A DNA stretch of 61,875 nt, counting the filler, from Globobulimina sp. (Eukaryota), in NCBI GenBank assembly GCA_003354225.1. It is 25 parts of 25 records of this genome, joined end to end, with 100 filler letters (N's around TTAATTAATTAA, not from the genome) between each part and the next. Parts side by side here need not be neighbours in the genome. Positions count along the whole stretch, not along the records: positions 9,921 to 12,300 come from PIVH01007025.1; positions 12,401 to 14,780 come from PIVH01007026.1; positions 14,881 to 17,260 come from PIVH01007027.1; positions 17,361 to 19,740 come from PIVH01007028.1; positions 19,841 to 22,219 come from PIVH01007029.1; positions 22,320 to 24,698 come from PIVH01007030.1; 19 more parts are not named here. One strand, 5' to 3'. The position numbers and the translations under genes were made by a program. Shown here piece by piece: positions 10,678 through 22,900 of the stretch (its first letter is position 1; each line of letters opens with the position of its first letter). The notes under the pieces are model-generated. The model ran no database searches. It saw nothing but the letters and a program-made list of their open reading frames with translations, and was not told the origin of the DNA.

Positions 10678-12300
10678 TCATACATAATTTTCTTTTGGTA
10701 ACATTTTAGCCATAAATTGTTTTGGTTGACTATGAAAATACGCGAATGTTTTTGTAATTTGTGTATGTTGTTCAGATTCCAATTGAGGTATTCTTACCAA
10801 AGATGGCCATCCGCAATACGCAATTTCCATACCATTGTGATTCATAATATTATTATTATTATTATTTGCATTGCCATTGCCATTGTAATCATCATCATCG
10901 TCATCGTCAGAGTTCCCTGCTTCGTTTAAACAGTCATGATATTTATCATCAAATATTTTCGATTCAAATGGATTACAAATATCATGTTCTTTTACTACTT
11001 TATCCATTTCTTCCTCTTCATCTTTATCATCATCCTCCTCCTTATTTTTCTTCTTTTTTCTCTTTTTTTTCTTCTTTTTTTTAACAGCCTCTGCATCGCC
11101 GTCTGGTTCTGTTTCAGTTAATGTCTGATTATAAATATAACTGATATTACCATCATATTCTTTCTTCGCCATATCATTGTCATTAATACTAAATAAACGC
11201 GGATAAAAATATAACTGCGGCATATTCAACACCATAATCCAACATAATTCGCATGCTTTGGATATAAAGATTTCAAATTGTTTTGTGATGGATTTTTGAC
11301 CCCAAAACGTATAAAATGCATATTTTTTTTGAATAAATACAAATATTGCATCGATTATTTTATTCATGTCAGAGGAGAACAACTCGCCATTCCGATTATT
11401 TTTGCCATCATCTCTCATATATCTGTTACGATTAAATACTTCGTAATAGTTTTGAAAATATGGGTTAATTACCATTGCCATCGATTTACTCATTTTTCTT
11501 TTCGATTTTGAGGATTTTAATTCAAATTTAACCGCAATCCAATCAATGATATCATCAAACTTTTCATGCTTAAAAACACGAATAAAATGATATGTAATAT
11601 GCAATAAATCAAATAATATTCTTCGGGCCTCTCTATCCACCACAGAATTAAATAAATCTTCACCTTCGTCATCCGAATCATCGTCGTCTGCATCGTCTTC
11701 CTCCCATTGCTCTTCGATATGTTCTTCTTGCTCTGATATCTCATTCGTAATCTCATCAAATATCTGAATATAAACAACAAAGTAAGTAATAATATATATA
11801 TAAAATGGTCAACATACATCAGTAAAATATTGTTTTCGCAATGTATCAAAATCAGCGCGAATATCTTCGATCACTGGAAAATCGGATTTATCATCGGACG
11901 GAGATAATAATCGCATTATTTGTTTTTGTAAGGTTATATTCTTTGATTTTAATATTTTATATTTTTTTTGTAATGTCTCCTTTGTCATTTTTTGAATATT
12001 TACTTGTTCTTTATCGGTATGCATGGATCCATTCGCATCTTCTTCTTCTTCTTCTTCTTCGTCTTCTTTTTTTATCATTTGTCCGGCGATTGGATTTATT
12101 ACAAGTGCACTACGCTTATTTTCTTGCCTCAATTCATTAATTTGTAGATTTAAACCCTTTATCTGTTCATTATATCTCTCATTACATTCATTCTGTTTAA
12201 AATCATCATTCGAATTCATTTTTATTTTATTATTTAAAATTTCATCACTCAGTCTTGTTTTCTCTCGAAGTGCAATGAAGTATTTATTGGTTAATCCATT
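10678..12300 (-). CDS. Coiled-coil protein with Mieap/SPATA18 C-terminal-like domain, 5'-truncated
   Basis: Intron 11764-11817 joins the ORFs in frame. Contains FISKACELCWIMVLNMPQL...FDDKYH...IAYCGWPSL. Confidence 0.6.
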
Positions 12301-12400
12301 NNNNNNNNNNNNNNNNNNNNNNNNNNNNNNNNNNNNNNNNNNNNTTAATTAATTAANNNNNNNNNNNNNNNNNNNNNNNNNNNNNNNNNNNNNNNNNNNN

Positions 12401-13159
12401 TATAACACAAATGAAGTTTATAAATAAATCTAATGTTGTAACGTAATAACATATCCATTCATAAGCACTATTTTCAAATGGAATTATTGTGTTGATTGTA
12501 TCTAAAATTGTGAAGCCCACAGATATTCCCATTAAAATTGTAGTTTTAGTAATTGCTGCAACTATTTGCTCGTCGTGGCTCTGCTCGTCCATTGCAGTTC
12601 GTTTATAAGTTTGACACAGTTTGAAAATAAAAAGACTCAGCAACGATATTATTAATAAAATGAATAATAACAAGAATATAGGTCCGATAAATGATGAATT
12701 TATCACAATTTCAGGTTTTACGAAATAAATAACCACTGTAACGAACACGTAAAATATTAATAGAGCAAATGATGAAATGTAGAAATTATTGGTAGAGTCG
12801 GATAAACGTAGTGGCGATTTTTGAAATATTGTTTTTAATTTCAAATAGAATATGACCAATAAAAGATATGATTGTGTTCCGAATGATAAGATATAAACGG
12901 AAAGCACAATCATGTGCAGATCATTCAGATCGTAACAATGTAGGAGCATTTGAATTGGATTGGATAATACAGCCAAAACGGTAAAAGTAATGAACACATA
13001 ACCATAAATCTGTAATTTCGCAGATGTTTGTTCTTCAGTTCGTGTTAAGAGGATGCGATACAAAACAAAAAATATAAATAGAACCAAAATACAGCATATG
13101 ATCGTATGAATCCAATATAAAATACAATCAACAACTGAACAGAGTTGAATGTAAGACAT
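12401..13159 (-). CDS. Orphan 7TM (GPCR-like) membrane protein, 3'-truncated
   Basis: About seven hydrophobic helices; similar to the neighbouring gene. Confidence 0.7.
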
Positions 13160-13316
13160 TGTTTGGATAGTTTTTTTGATAAAGGAACACGGAGTAAGCT
13201 AGTCATCGATGTTGGAATCAAACTCGCTTTTTAATTGAATGAAACAAAAATACAATAAAAACTTAAAAGTAAAAACAATTAACAAACAAAATAACAAAAA
13301 ACATAGAAATCCACAC

Positions 13317-13380
13317 ATATACACAAATATCGAACAATATACACAAATGTCGAACAATATACACAAATATCGAACAATAT
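13317..13380. repeat. 20-bp tandem repeat, about 3 copies
   Basis: atatacacaaatatcgaaca units between the two 7TM genes. Confidence 0.8.
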
Positions 13381-13407
13381 ATATAAATAATTTTAGTTCA
13401 TATGCAA

Positions 13408-14514
13408 TTATGCATCACGTTTTGAGTGTTTTTGTGTAAAAACTGGAGCAGAATGAGCTGTGTTCAATTTTGGAACATCTTTGTGTTGTGTATCGTTTGT
13501 AGTGGTTGATGTAGATGTTGTTGATGTAGATGTTGTTGATAGCAAATCGTTAATGATATTGGCCTCATCTTTCGTAAACCTCCGTTTTACCAATTCAACG
13601 ACGGTTAGTTTCGAAGAAATATTATGTGGAATATGTTGATCTGAACTTATAACATTTTTCTCAACATCAACAGTGTTACATTTCGCTGTGGTTGCTTCAG
13701 AATGTACAGCCGGAGACAAAATATAATTCCATAATTTATTACATGCGTTGGCGTCCATACATTTACATATTTTAATATAAGATTTCTCAAAAAAAGAAAA
13801 GGACAAAGAAAAACAAACAAAATTGGTATAAATATTGATTGACACAACCCATTCACTAAAAATATGCACGAAATAACTATTCTGCCATAATACAGCTTGT
13901 AAAAGTAGCAAAACGCAGCAACAAATTGTAATTAACATTGATATCAACGTCAAAACTGTTATCTTTTTGATGAGATTAAACATAGATTGCGTGTTATCAG
14001 CATACATCTTGCAGACAGATTGTAATTTGGACACAAACAATGTGGTTATTGCAGTCATAAAAAAAATATTGAGCAAACATAATGTGAATGCACAAATAAC
14101 CCATACACGTTCATCATGCATTGTGTTATTAATTGCTGTTAATAATATAATAAATATGCCGGTTGATACGATAAACGATAGAATAAAAAATCGTATTGTT
14201 GAAGTTGATAATTTCCAGGGTGTTCCACAAAAAATAGAATGTATACGAATAAAAAGTGCAATTATTAATGCTGTATTTTGGGTAAAAACCGCATTACAAC
14301 CAAAAGATAACGGATTATGGTTCAATTCAAAAAATGATTTGTAAATCAAGTCAGATAACCCAACAAACGCAGTGATATAATATAATAATACAGATACAAA
14401 GCAGAGACTCTTCAGGTATTCTTTTTCTTTGTATCCAATGATTGTCTTGTACGTGGCACCAACAATTGATATCAACAATGCTGCATTGACGCAGCAGTAT
14501 AGTAGGTGATGCAT
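13408..14514 (-). CDS. Orphan 7TM (GPCR-like) membrane protein
   Basis: Seven hydrophobic helices, SYIKICKCMD after TM7, Ser/Thr-rich tail. First ATG at 14514. Confidence 0.7.
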   Translation of the reverse strand: MHHLLYCCVNAALLISIVGATYKTIIGYKEKEYLKSLCFVSVLLYYITAFVGLSDLIYKSFFELNHNPLSFGCNAVFTQNTALIIALFIRIHSIFCGTPWKLSTSTIRFFILSFIVSTGIFIILLTAINNTMHDERVWVICAFTLCLLNIFFMTAITTLFVSKLQSVCKMYADNTQSMFNLIKKITVLTLISMLITICCCVLLLLQAVLWQNSYFVHIFSEWVVSINIYTNFVCFSLSFSFFEKSYIKICKCMDANACNKLWNYILSPAVHSEATTAKCNTVDVEKNVISSDQHIPHNISSKLTVVELVKRRFTKDEANIINDLLSTTSTSTTSTSTTTNDTQHKDVPKLNTAHSAPVFTQKHSKRDA

Positions 14515-14955
14515 GTAGTCGTTGTCGCGTTGCTGATGAAAACTAGCTCGTTTTGGTAAAAACACTGTTTAAAGTTTATCGCAAGATAATGATAGACTGA
14601 TTAATTTGTAACAAAACTTGAAAATATATACATCAAAACAACAAATCATGCCAACAATTGGTAAAACTTTATGAGTTTCCAACACAAAACAACATGAAAA
14701 AAAAAAAAAAAAAACATAAAAAAAAAAAAAAAAAAAAAAACAAAAAAAAAAAAAAAAAAAAAAAAACAAAAAAAAAAAAANNNNNNNNNNNNNNNNNNNN
14801 NNNNNNNNNNNNNNNNNNNNNNNNTTAATTAATTAANNNNNNNNNNNNNNNNNNNNNNNNNNNNNNNNNNNNNNNNNNNNGTTTTGGTTCAGTATACTCG
14901 CAGTTTTGTGCATGTTTTTATCAAAGTTCCACGGACAATAAAATTATTAAAATAG

Positions 14956-16182
14956 CTAATCTACACATTCACTATTGGCATCAAACCAAATTTGTTCAAT
15001 TCTTTTACGGATCCATTCTGAGCCTAAAACAGCATCAAATTTCCTTTCTCCATTTTGTACACATTTCGTGCATTGAGGCAAAATATCAATCATTTCATCC
15101 AAATCCGTTGATGAAAATGAGGCAATGGTTACTCTTTCTGCTTTTGTTTTGGTTACAACTCGATGCAAAGCAGTTTTCCAATATCCATTTGTCCAAAAAC
15201 GAATAAAATCGCCACCAATCACTAACAAACTGTTTTCAATTTGCGGCACAGAATGCCATACATCATCTTCTTTGATCTGAAATCCCTGAACATTATCATT
15301 ATGAACAAACGCGAAACTCGCAAAATCTCGATGTGCTCTCAACCGCCAATAATATCCTGTTTGCAATTCATACATTTTGGAAATGTCATCCGTTAATTCA
15401 TAATAATACGTTGCTCGATGACCCAAATAACCTTTATTTCCGTTCATTTTTTCTTCAAAAATGTTATAATCGTATCCCAATGCTGTTAGATATTAGATAT
15501 AGTATTGGATGAACAGTAAAACTGTCATCAATCAAAAAAAAAGCATAGGAGTACTACCTTGAGATGAAATGGAATGTATAGTTTGCAAATTTTGTCTAAT
15601 CAAAGAATAATATTTGGGAATATAGTCAGCAAATTGATTTGGAGAATTGTCAGAAATTGGAAGATATGGATTTGCCATTTGCAGTGCGACTGTATCTTTC
15701 CAATTGGATACAATATGGAATGCTTCCTCTGGTTCCGCAACATCACCAATATCGTCTTTTAAATCATTATCATCTGAAACGTCTTGATAGTTCACCAAAT
15801 TCTCAGTGCCCCTTTTCACAAATCCCCCATTTGGATGAATACCTTCTGGACCAACCTTAAATTGTGATTTATAATCTTCATTTTGTCTGAAAAATTGTTT
15901 GAATCCATTTATAATTAATGTGTTTTGCATCAAAGTCGAATTAATTTCATAGTCAACGATTCGAACCAGGCCCCATCGATGAAATCCTTCATCAAATAAT
16001 GAAACAATATGAGTTTGAGTATCGGTATCATTTGAATTAATTGCTGACACATACGATGCTACACTAATGGTCGGAATTTGTGCTATTGGATATCCCAAAT
16101 CTTGGCTGTTTACACAAAATGTAATGACTACAGCTGTGACCAAAACGAACGTATTGACTATGCTGAACTGCATTATGACCAC
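14956..16182 (-). CDS. 2-oxoglutarate/Fe(II) dioxygenase, isopenicillin N synthase-like, with signal peptide
   Basis: Intron 15483-15557. DIOX_N-like IPTISV...WGLVRIVDY. HRD...ALHRVV metal triad and ERVT co-substrate motif. Confidence 0.9.
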
Positions 16183-16410
16183 CCAAAAACGTTTAGTTTT
16201 TTACATTGAGTCTGGAATCGGACTTACGTCCTGCTTGAATTTTGTACCACTACTAGCCGATAAAAGTTGATGAGTAGTTAAAAAATAATGGCATCTTGCT
16301 ATAGAATATTTGTTCGCGATATTTGGAGATTGCAAAAATTCAGATTACGAAATTATGACTCAATCAATATCGATAATTTGACACGCTTTTTTATTGCGTT
16401 ATAATTAACA

Positions 16411-17150
16411 CTATGTCGAACCATATTTATGAGTTTCTACATTGAATGAGGATATGATGGACATTTGGCCATCTCCATCATCCATACTCTGTTTCATTAC
16501 ACCATTGGATGACAATAATGCTTTTTCTAGAATATCTTTATTATTTTTTATTTTGGCAGCATCAATGCGTCCTTGTTCGTAATCCACACCAAATTGTAAA
16601 ATTGGAATTGATATCACAAAAAAAAGCAAAATATAAATAATGGCGTATCTTAAATCATATTGATTTGATATTAGCGTAGCAACTAAGGGTCCAATCCACG
16701 ATGAACCTTTGTTTGTAAATTCATACAAACCAAAGAATTGTGCTTCTTTCCCGAAAGGGATAAGATGGGCATATAACGATCGTGATGCACTAAACAAAGA
16801 ACCTAACTGCGAGCCATAAAACAAACCAACACAAACATACATTTCCCACAAATGTAACAAACCAATTGGACTCCACCAAAATAAACCAAATATTGCCCAT
16901 AACGGCAACAATGAGTTTATCATTAAATGCAAAATTAATAAGTTCTTGCTGGACAAATTAAATTTATTTTGGACCCAAATAAAGAAAATGTTGCCAAAGC
17001 CTGCCAATAACTGTATTTCTAACAATAATATTAATAATTGAATGGAATTCATTCCTAACTCATTTTGACCGAATAACATTCCAATTGTTGCCATTGTATG
17101 TTCGCCATCACTCCAAATAAACCATGCTATTAAACATCCGAATAAATAGA
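16411..17150 (-). CDS. Atg22/UMF1-like MFS transporter, C-terminal half
   Basis: AWFIWSDG upstream of the listed ORF, and SRSLYAHLIPFGKEAQFFGLYEFTNKGSSWIGP. Confidence 0.88.
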
Positions 17151-17360
17151 CCTTTGGAATTTATCCGGTCGAATTCGCCTTGAGTTCGAGTGCTTGAAAC
17201 CTATGGTGGAGTGTATATGATCTCTAAAGGGGTTTGTATGCAAATATATTTCTCTACATCNNNNNNNNNNNNNNNNNNNNNNNNNNNNNNNNNNNNNNNN
17301 NNNNTTAATTAATTAANNNNNNNNNNNNNNNNNNNNNNNNNNNNNNNNNNNNNNNNNNNN

Positions 17361-19092
17361 TACCAATACCAGTACCAGTACCAGTACCAGTACCAGTACC
17401 AGTACCAATCGAGACAGATAATCCAATAGAAACAGTTGCAAAAATTGAGATATCAGCAGAGGAAAAAGAGATTTTCAACCAAATCAATACGGAGAAAGAA
17501 TCCATTACAAAATGCATGGATACCATGGTTCAATCATTGACTGCCTTTGACACTGATTCAGAGCAAAAGAAAGCTCTCATAAATGACACATTTTGCAGCA
17601 TAACAAACTCCATAAATAACAGAAAAGAGACATTAATGAATGAATTGAACAATGATATATTGGCTCAGAAATCTCAAGCATTGCAACAGATTGAATCATT
17701 AAAACAATATCTACAAATATTAAACAATATGGCTGACAAATATCAATCTCTTACCAATGCACAACAAAATGTTAACATTACAAGTGTCCCACTCCCACAT
17801 TTATATGTAATGTGTGCAAGGATAACAATATAAACATAACCACACAGGATGACGACCAAAAAATGGAACAAAGTCAACAAACACAGCGTAAGCAGGAAAT
17901 ATTATCATTTCCGAAACAATTTGATGCGCAATTATCCAAAATGGAATTTACCGCAGATATTAAACTTAAATTTGAAACAGAGCAGCTTGGAACAGTTATG
18001 TTGCATTTTTGTTGCTCATTTATGCATAATATGTTGCAACAAATAGTTGATAAATACTTTTGGTTCGATACGAATTGGCAAACCAACAGATCCTGAATAC
18101 GATGAAGAAAAAGTGCCATCATTTATTGACACGAATACTGAATTATTATTGGCAGAGATCCCCGTCAAGAAAATATATCGTTGGGCATTGGAATCCGGCG
18201 ATGATTATTCGTGGAGCTCTCGCGCTCAGCGTACGATAATATTATTTTATCAAAATAAGAAATCTTATAAAGTACGAATGTTAGTGAAGCAAAATGAAAG
18301 TGAGAATTTGTTGATGAATCAATGGGTTTCTACCAAGGAATTAGTGGCCAAAGAAGCTATGGTTTGGGTGTGGTCGAGTTTTGACGCTACGATTGCCAAA
18401 GAAGCAGGGGATGAAAAGAAGGGATATACCAAATGGTGCGCGAAATTCTTCGATGACATTGCTTTTGAAAGGTTTGAGGGTCAATATAACCAAGCTCGGA
18501 AAATTAATACTCAGGTATTGCTTTTATATTTTATTGGATTTGTATATGGAATAAATATGATGGATAGGTGTTGGACAACGAGGAGAAGATTCGAGAGAAT
18601 AAATTGAAACAGGAAACGTTGAGAAAGCAAGAAGCGGAGAGATTGGAAGGTGGCAATGTGGATATTGATGATGAGGATGCTGTTTATTATGAGAATGACG
18701 AGAAGTTATGTTTTGAAATGGATGTCTGGAGAACTTATTTATGGAGTAAAGATGTGATGGGTACAGGAGCTTGGAAAGCTTATGCGGAGAAATCATTGTT
18801 ACAGTTTTTTGAGAATCGGAGTAATAAGAAAATCAGAATTGTGTTGAGGGAAAATGAAACAAAACAGTTGAAGTTAAATCATTGGATACCTTGTGATGTT
18901 GCTTTGAAATCGCGTGGTGATCAGATGTGGGAATGGCAGGTTTATGATGATTTAGCAACAAAGTTTTTAAAGAATTCCACATTGAAATTGGCAACAATTT
19001 GTGCAACGTTTATTGATAAAAAAGACACTCACAAATTTAAAGAGCTGTTTGAAAAATATCAGACAATTAATCAAAAAGCCGAAGCTATGTGA
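17361..19092 (+). CDS. Coiled-coil protein with two divergent RanBP1 (Ran-binding, PH-fold) domains, 5'-truncated
   Basis: Introns 17771-17847, 17995-18046 and 18515-18567 all splice in frame. Domain 1: KVRMLVK...WVWSSFD...CAKF. Domain 2: KIRIVLRE...LNHWI...WEWQVYD...FKELFEK. (GTACCA)n at the start encodes a Pro-Val repeat. Confidence 0.75.
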
Positions 19093-19178
19093 TCATGATC
19101 GAGTTTTGCTTATGTTTTTATAGTTGATATAATCAGTTGAATCCTATGTTTTTTTTAACATTTGCGAAAGCTTGAACC

Positions 19179-19559
19179 ATGGGCATTTGTGCGCATATTG
19201 AAAAAATACAGGATGAAAAGTGTTTAGCCGATGAGCTGAAACAGCAGCCAGCACGACTCAGGACAGAGGCAGCGTATAAATTAAACGATATCCGGTCATT
19301 GGAAGGCGTGGCCAGATTATGGTCTGAAAAATTAAAAACAGAGTATTTGCCAGATGGCGAACCAGTTATACAAACTAGGAATTCAGTACCAGTCATCGGA
19401 AACAATCATACAATGAAACCTTTCTCGCCCATTGCAATTTCAACACATTATTTTATTCACACCGTATCCGCTAAAAATCAACCAAATCTATTACAGTTCC
19501 GCTCGAGTCCTAACAATATATACAACCAGAGATCTAGGAGTAATTTACAGCTCCACTAA
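19179..19559 (+). CDS. Hypothetical protein
   Basis: ORF only, with MG start; no recognised domain. Confidence 0.3.
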   Translation: MGICAHIEKIQDEKCLADELKQQPARLRTEAAYKLNDIRSLEGVARLWSEKLKTEYLPDGEPVIQTRNSVPVIGNNHTMKPFSPIAISTHYFIHTVSAKNQPNLLQFRSSPNNIYNQRSRSNLQLH

Positions 19560-19841
19560 ACTCAAATTGATGAAAACAAAGCAAATGACAACATAGTTAC
19601 GATATACCATAAGCCTGGAATCGAATCTGAGACCTGATTGAGTTTTAACTTACTACTACTTATGACGATAATGACGAAGGTTTTGTTAATTTACTTTGAT
19701 GAAAACTGATAAATGACAGAAAGTTTGGACTTTGTACCGTNNNNNNNNNNNNNNNNNNNNNNNNNNNNNNNNNNNNNNNNNNNNTTAATTAATTAANNNN
19801 NNNNNNNNNNNNNNNNNNNNNNNNNNNNNNNNNNNNNNNNG

Positions 19842-19967
19842 CAACAGCCACCGCCCTATGCACAGCAACGAGGTGGATATAATCAACAGCAACAACCGCC
19901 GCCCTATGCGCCACAAAGTGGACAGAATCAAGGACGATATAATAAAGGAAATGTGTATGATTTGTGA
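19842..19967 (+). CDS. 3' end of a Gln/Pro-rich protein with two PPPY motifs
   Basis: QQPPPYAQQRGGYNQQQQPPPYAPQ...VYDL* read from the contig start. Confidence 0.55.
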   Translation, partial: QQPPPYAQQRGGYNQQQQPPPYAPQSGQNQGRYNKGNVYDL

Positions 19968-20149
19968 ACCTTGTTTCAAAATAGCACCTTTCTAGAAACA
20001 AACCCTAAACAAATCAGTAAAGATTTATTTTTTTAATTATTACTTATCAATATTATACTTTACGTTAATAATAATTTTATTTTTTCAAAACATTACTGTG
20101 TTGTGACATTCATTTACTTGAGGTTTTTGTAAACATCATTTCTAAAATC

Positions 20150-22145
20150 ATGTCAGCGTTTCTATTTCTGCTGATAACTTTCAACACTGTATACACTGCC
20201 GTCCAATTAAGTAGTTGGAATCAGCCAGCTTCTCCTCAGTTTGATTATTCATTCGGAGCTAAAGTTATTGGTTATCATGCAGCAACAAACGAAATATTGT
20301 TGATTGGTGGTTATCCGGCTGTAGCAGCGCGTCATGTACACAAATTTGATGTATCCTCGCCACGATTTAAAATGAGCAACGCCATTAGCAAAGAAATTGA
20401 GACACACTCTCAAGCGTATGTTACTATTTCAGACCTTATTTTTATGATTACTGACTATGGCGCTGATGGTAATTATATATCAACGTTCAATATGACCGAC
20501 AATAGATTCACATCCTCATTTTCTGCAATTCCTACATACACTCAATACCATGCAGCATTGGCGTATATCTCTGGTTATTTAATGGTTGTTGGCGGACGTA
20601 ACAGTTCCAATTCAGCAATAAAAACGTTTCAAATATTGCCATTGAATGGTAATTACACGAATTGGTTTTATGGACCAGATATGATTCAATGCAGAGAGGG
20701 GTTTGCTGCTAATGTCAACAGTGAGAATTATTTATATGTTATTGGTGGTGGCAGCGCATCAGTTGAAAAAATAAATGTTTCTAATATAGAACAGATTGGT
20801 AGCAACGGTTATGAATGGAGCAGTATAGGAACAATTTCAGGTGGATCCAGCAACGAAGATTGTTTACGGAGTGTCATATTTGAGGATGATATTTTTGTGC
20901 TTGGCGGCTCAACGGGTGTCACTGTGGATATTATACATACTTTAACGGATATTATAGAGAAAAATGTGAATTCAATGGTAACTAAAGTGCGGAATGGATC
21001 TCCTGTTTTGGTTGGGAATGTAATTTATTATTTTGGTGGTTATTGCGTTGAGTGTGGCGGTGGTGATTGGGTCGAGTGTTATCAATATGCGACAATATTC
21101 AACACACAACCAACACAGGTTTGTGTTATTTGGCAAGCTTAATTCGGCCAGAAAACAGTGGTAATTTTATGTTTTTGATATTTAACCGTGTATAGAGTCC
21201 AAGCAATGGCCTTCCAACCTCCATGCCTTCAAATGTATATTATATTTATGTGTGTTATTTTAATATTTTTTCAATAAATGCTTTTGTGCGATAAATTATT
21301 ATCTTTTATAGAGCCAACAGCCTACAATATCACCAACATATATTCCAACTGGTGTCCCAAGCAAATATCCAACATCAACACCTTCAAATACTCCAACCAT
21401 TAATCCAACAAAAACAAACAACACAACACAAACGCATACAAATGCACCGTCAGAAACTCCTACAAAAATGACAACCATGGCAGCGAATGATAACGCACAA
21501 GCTATTGATATAACCACTACATTTTTATACAATGAAAACGAAGATACATTGCATACAAGCTCTGATAGTCCGGATTTATATGTGATTTTATTTGCTGTTA
21601 TTGGGGCAATTTGCATTTGTTTTGTGATCATTGGAATTATTATTTTAATTAAATATAAACATAACATATATAAGGCAGATTTAGATACATGTAAAGAAAC
21701 AGTAAATTCAACATCACCTACAAGTGGTATAGAATTAGCACGTGTGATATCAACCTCTTCCACAAATATCGACAGCAATAAACAGTTCGGGTTTAATGAA
21801 AGTACAGGTAAATATGCCCAAAACCTGGCAAATGGAATGGTAATTTCTGATGTTTTAATGAATGATGTGATATGTGACATGAACACCACTCCAATGGCGC
21901 CTGATATTGCGGTTGCAAGTCTTCATGAAATGGGTATTGAAGGGGAAACGAATGCATATATGGAGGAAAACGGGAGGAATGAAGATGAGGAGGTTATAAA
22001 TGTTAATAACATAGACACCGCGATGGGAGCAACGGATACGGATTTTATTGTTAATGATATAGTGACAGCAAAAGCAAACGTAAATCAAATTGAAATTGGT
22101 GATGATGAGTTTGTTGTTTGTGAGGAAAACAATACAATGCAATAA
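20150..22145 (+). CDS. Type I membrane protein: signal peptide, Kelch-like propeller, Pro/Thr stalk, TM helix, acidic tail
   Basis: Kelch GG motifs (LLIGG, MVVGG, YVIGG, FVLGG, YFGG). Introns 21119-21195 and 21235-21311 splice in frame. Confidence 0.85.
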
Positions 22146-22319
22146 TAATTGTTTGTATAAAATGTAAATGTTTTTGTGATGTTTTAGCTACTGTTAATTG
22201 GTAAGGTAAAATACTTTTCNNNNNNNNNNNNNNNNNNNNNNNNNNNNNNNNNNNNNNNNNNNNTTAATTAATTAANNNNNNNNNNNNNNNNNNNNNNNNN
22301 NNNNNNNNNNNNNNNNNNN

Positions 22320-22900
22320 TTAAACCATTATTAGGAAAACTATTGTGAGAATCAACAACATGGTTGATTGCAGACAGTGTTATTTCGCTTGATGATGGGA
22401 CTGTTCTTAAGTCATGCTTATCTAATGCTTGAAGAGCAGTCCAAATAGAAGTAGTTGCACATGCTGATACGACTTTATCTTGTTCTTGGAATGCTACTGT
22501 ATCTACATGTAAATTTAGGCCAAATAAATTAACTTTGTACCTATGACTCAGGGCTTTTTTATTCTCATTATCCACAAAGCTCTCATATAGCCTTAAACAA
22601 GATTTACCAATAAAAGTTTTGGGTAATGGTTTTACAACTATAAAGCCAAGATAAGCACGCTGTAACTCTTCATGCTCATCTTCATTATATGCGCGAAGAT
22701 AAGATTGGAACTCAGGATGGTTTATTTCTTTAGAAAAAAAATGCAGCCTCGCACATCGATCACCATATTGATTAAAGCACTTTACATAATACCTTGAATA
22801 ATCTTCTAAAAAGTCCCGATCGACATAGTCTGGCTCAAGCAGTATTGTCTTAGTATCAAAATCTGAAAGATAACGGTACAAATACTTAATTTGATACTTT
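22320..22900 (-). CDS. Bacterial-type papain-fold (C39-like) cysteine peptidase fragment
   Basis: [28 protein letters not shown] and [18 protein letters not shown] (Gln...Cys catalytic segment). No introns and no start codon of its own. Confidence 0.6.

Noticed and set aside
14697-14780. Long A-run and the poly-Phe ORF 14569-14769
   Set aside because: Low-complexity contig end; it is not downstream of a plus-strand gene and the ORF is just its antisense translation.
17361-17408. (GTACCA)n at a contig start as a possible telomere repeat
   Set aside because: In frame with the gene as a Pro-Val repeat and seen at no other contig end.
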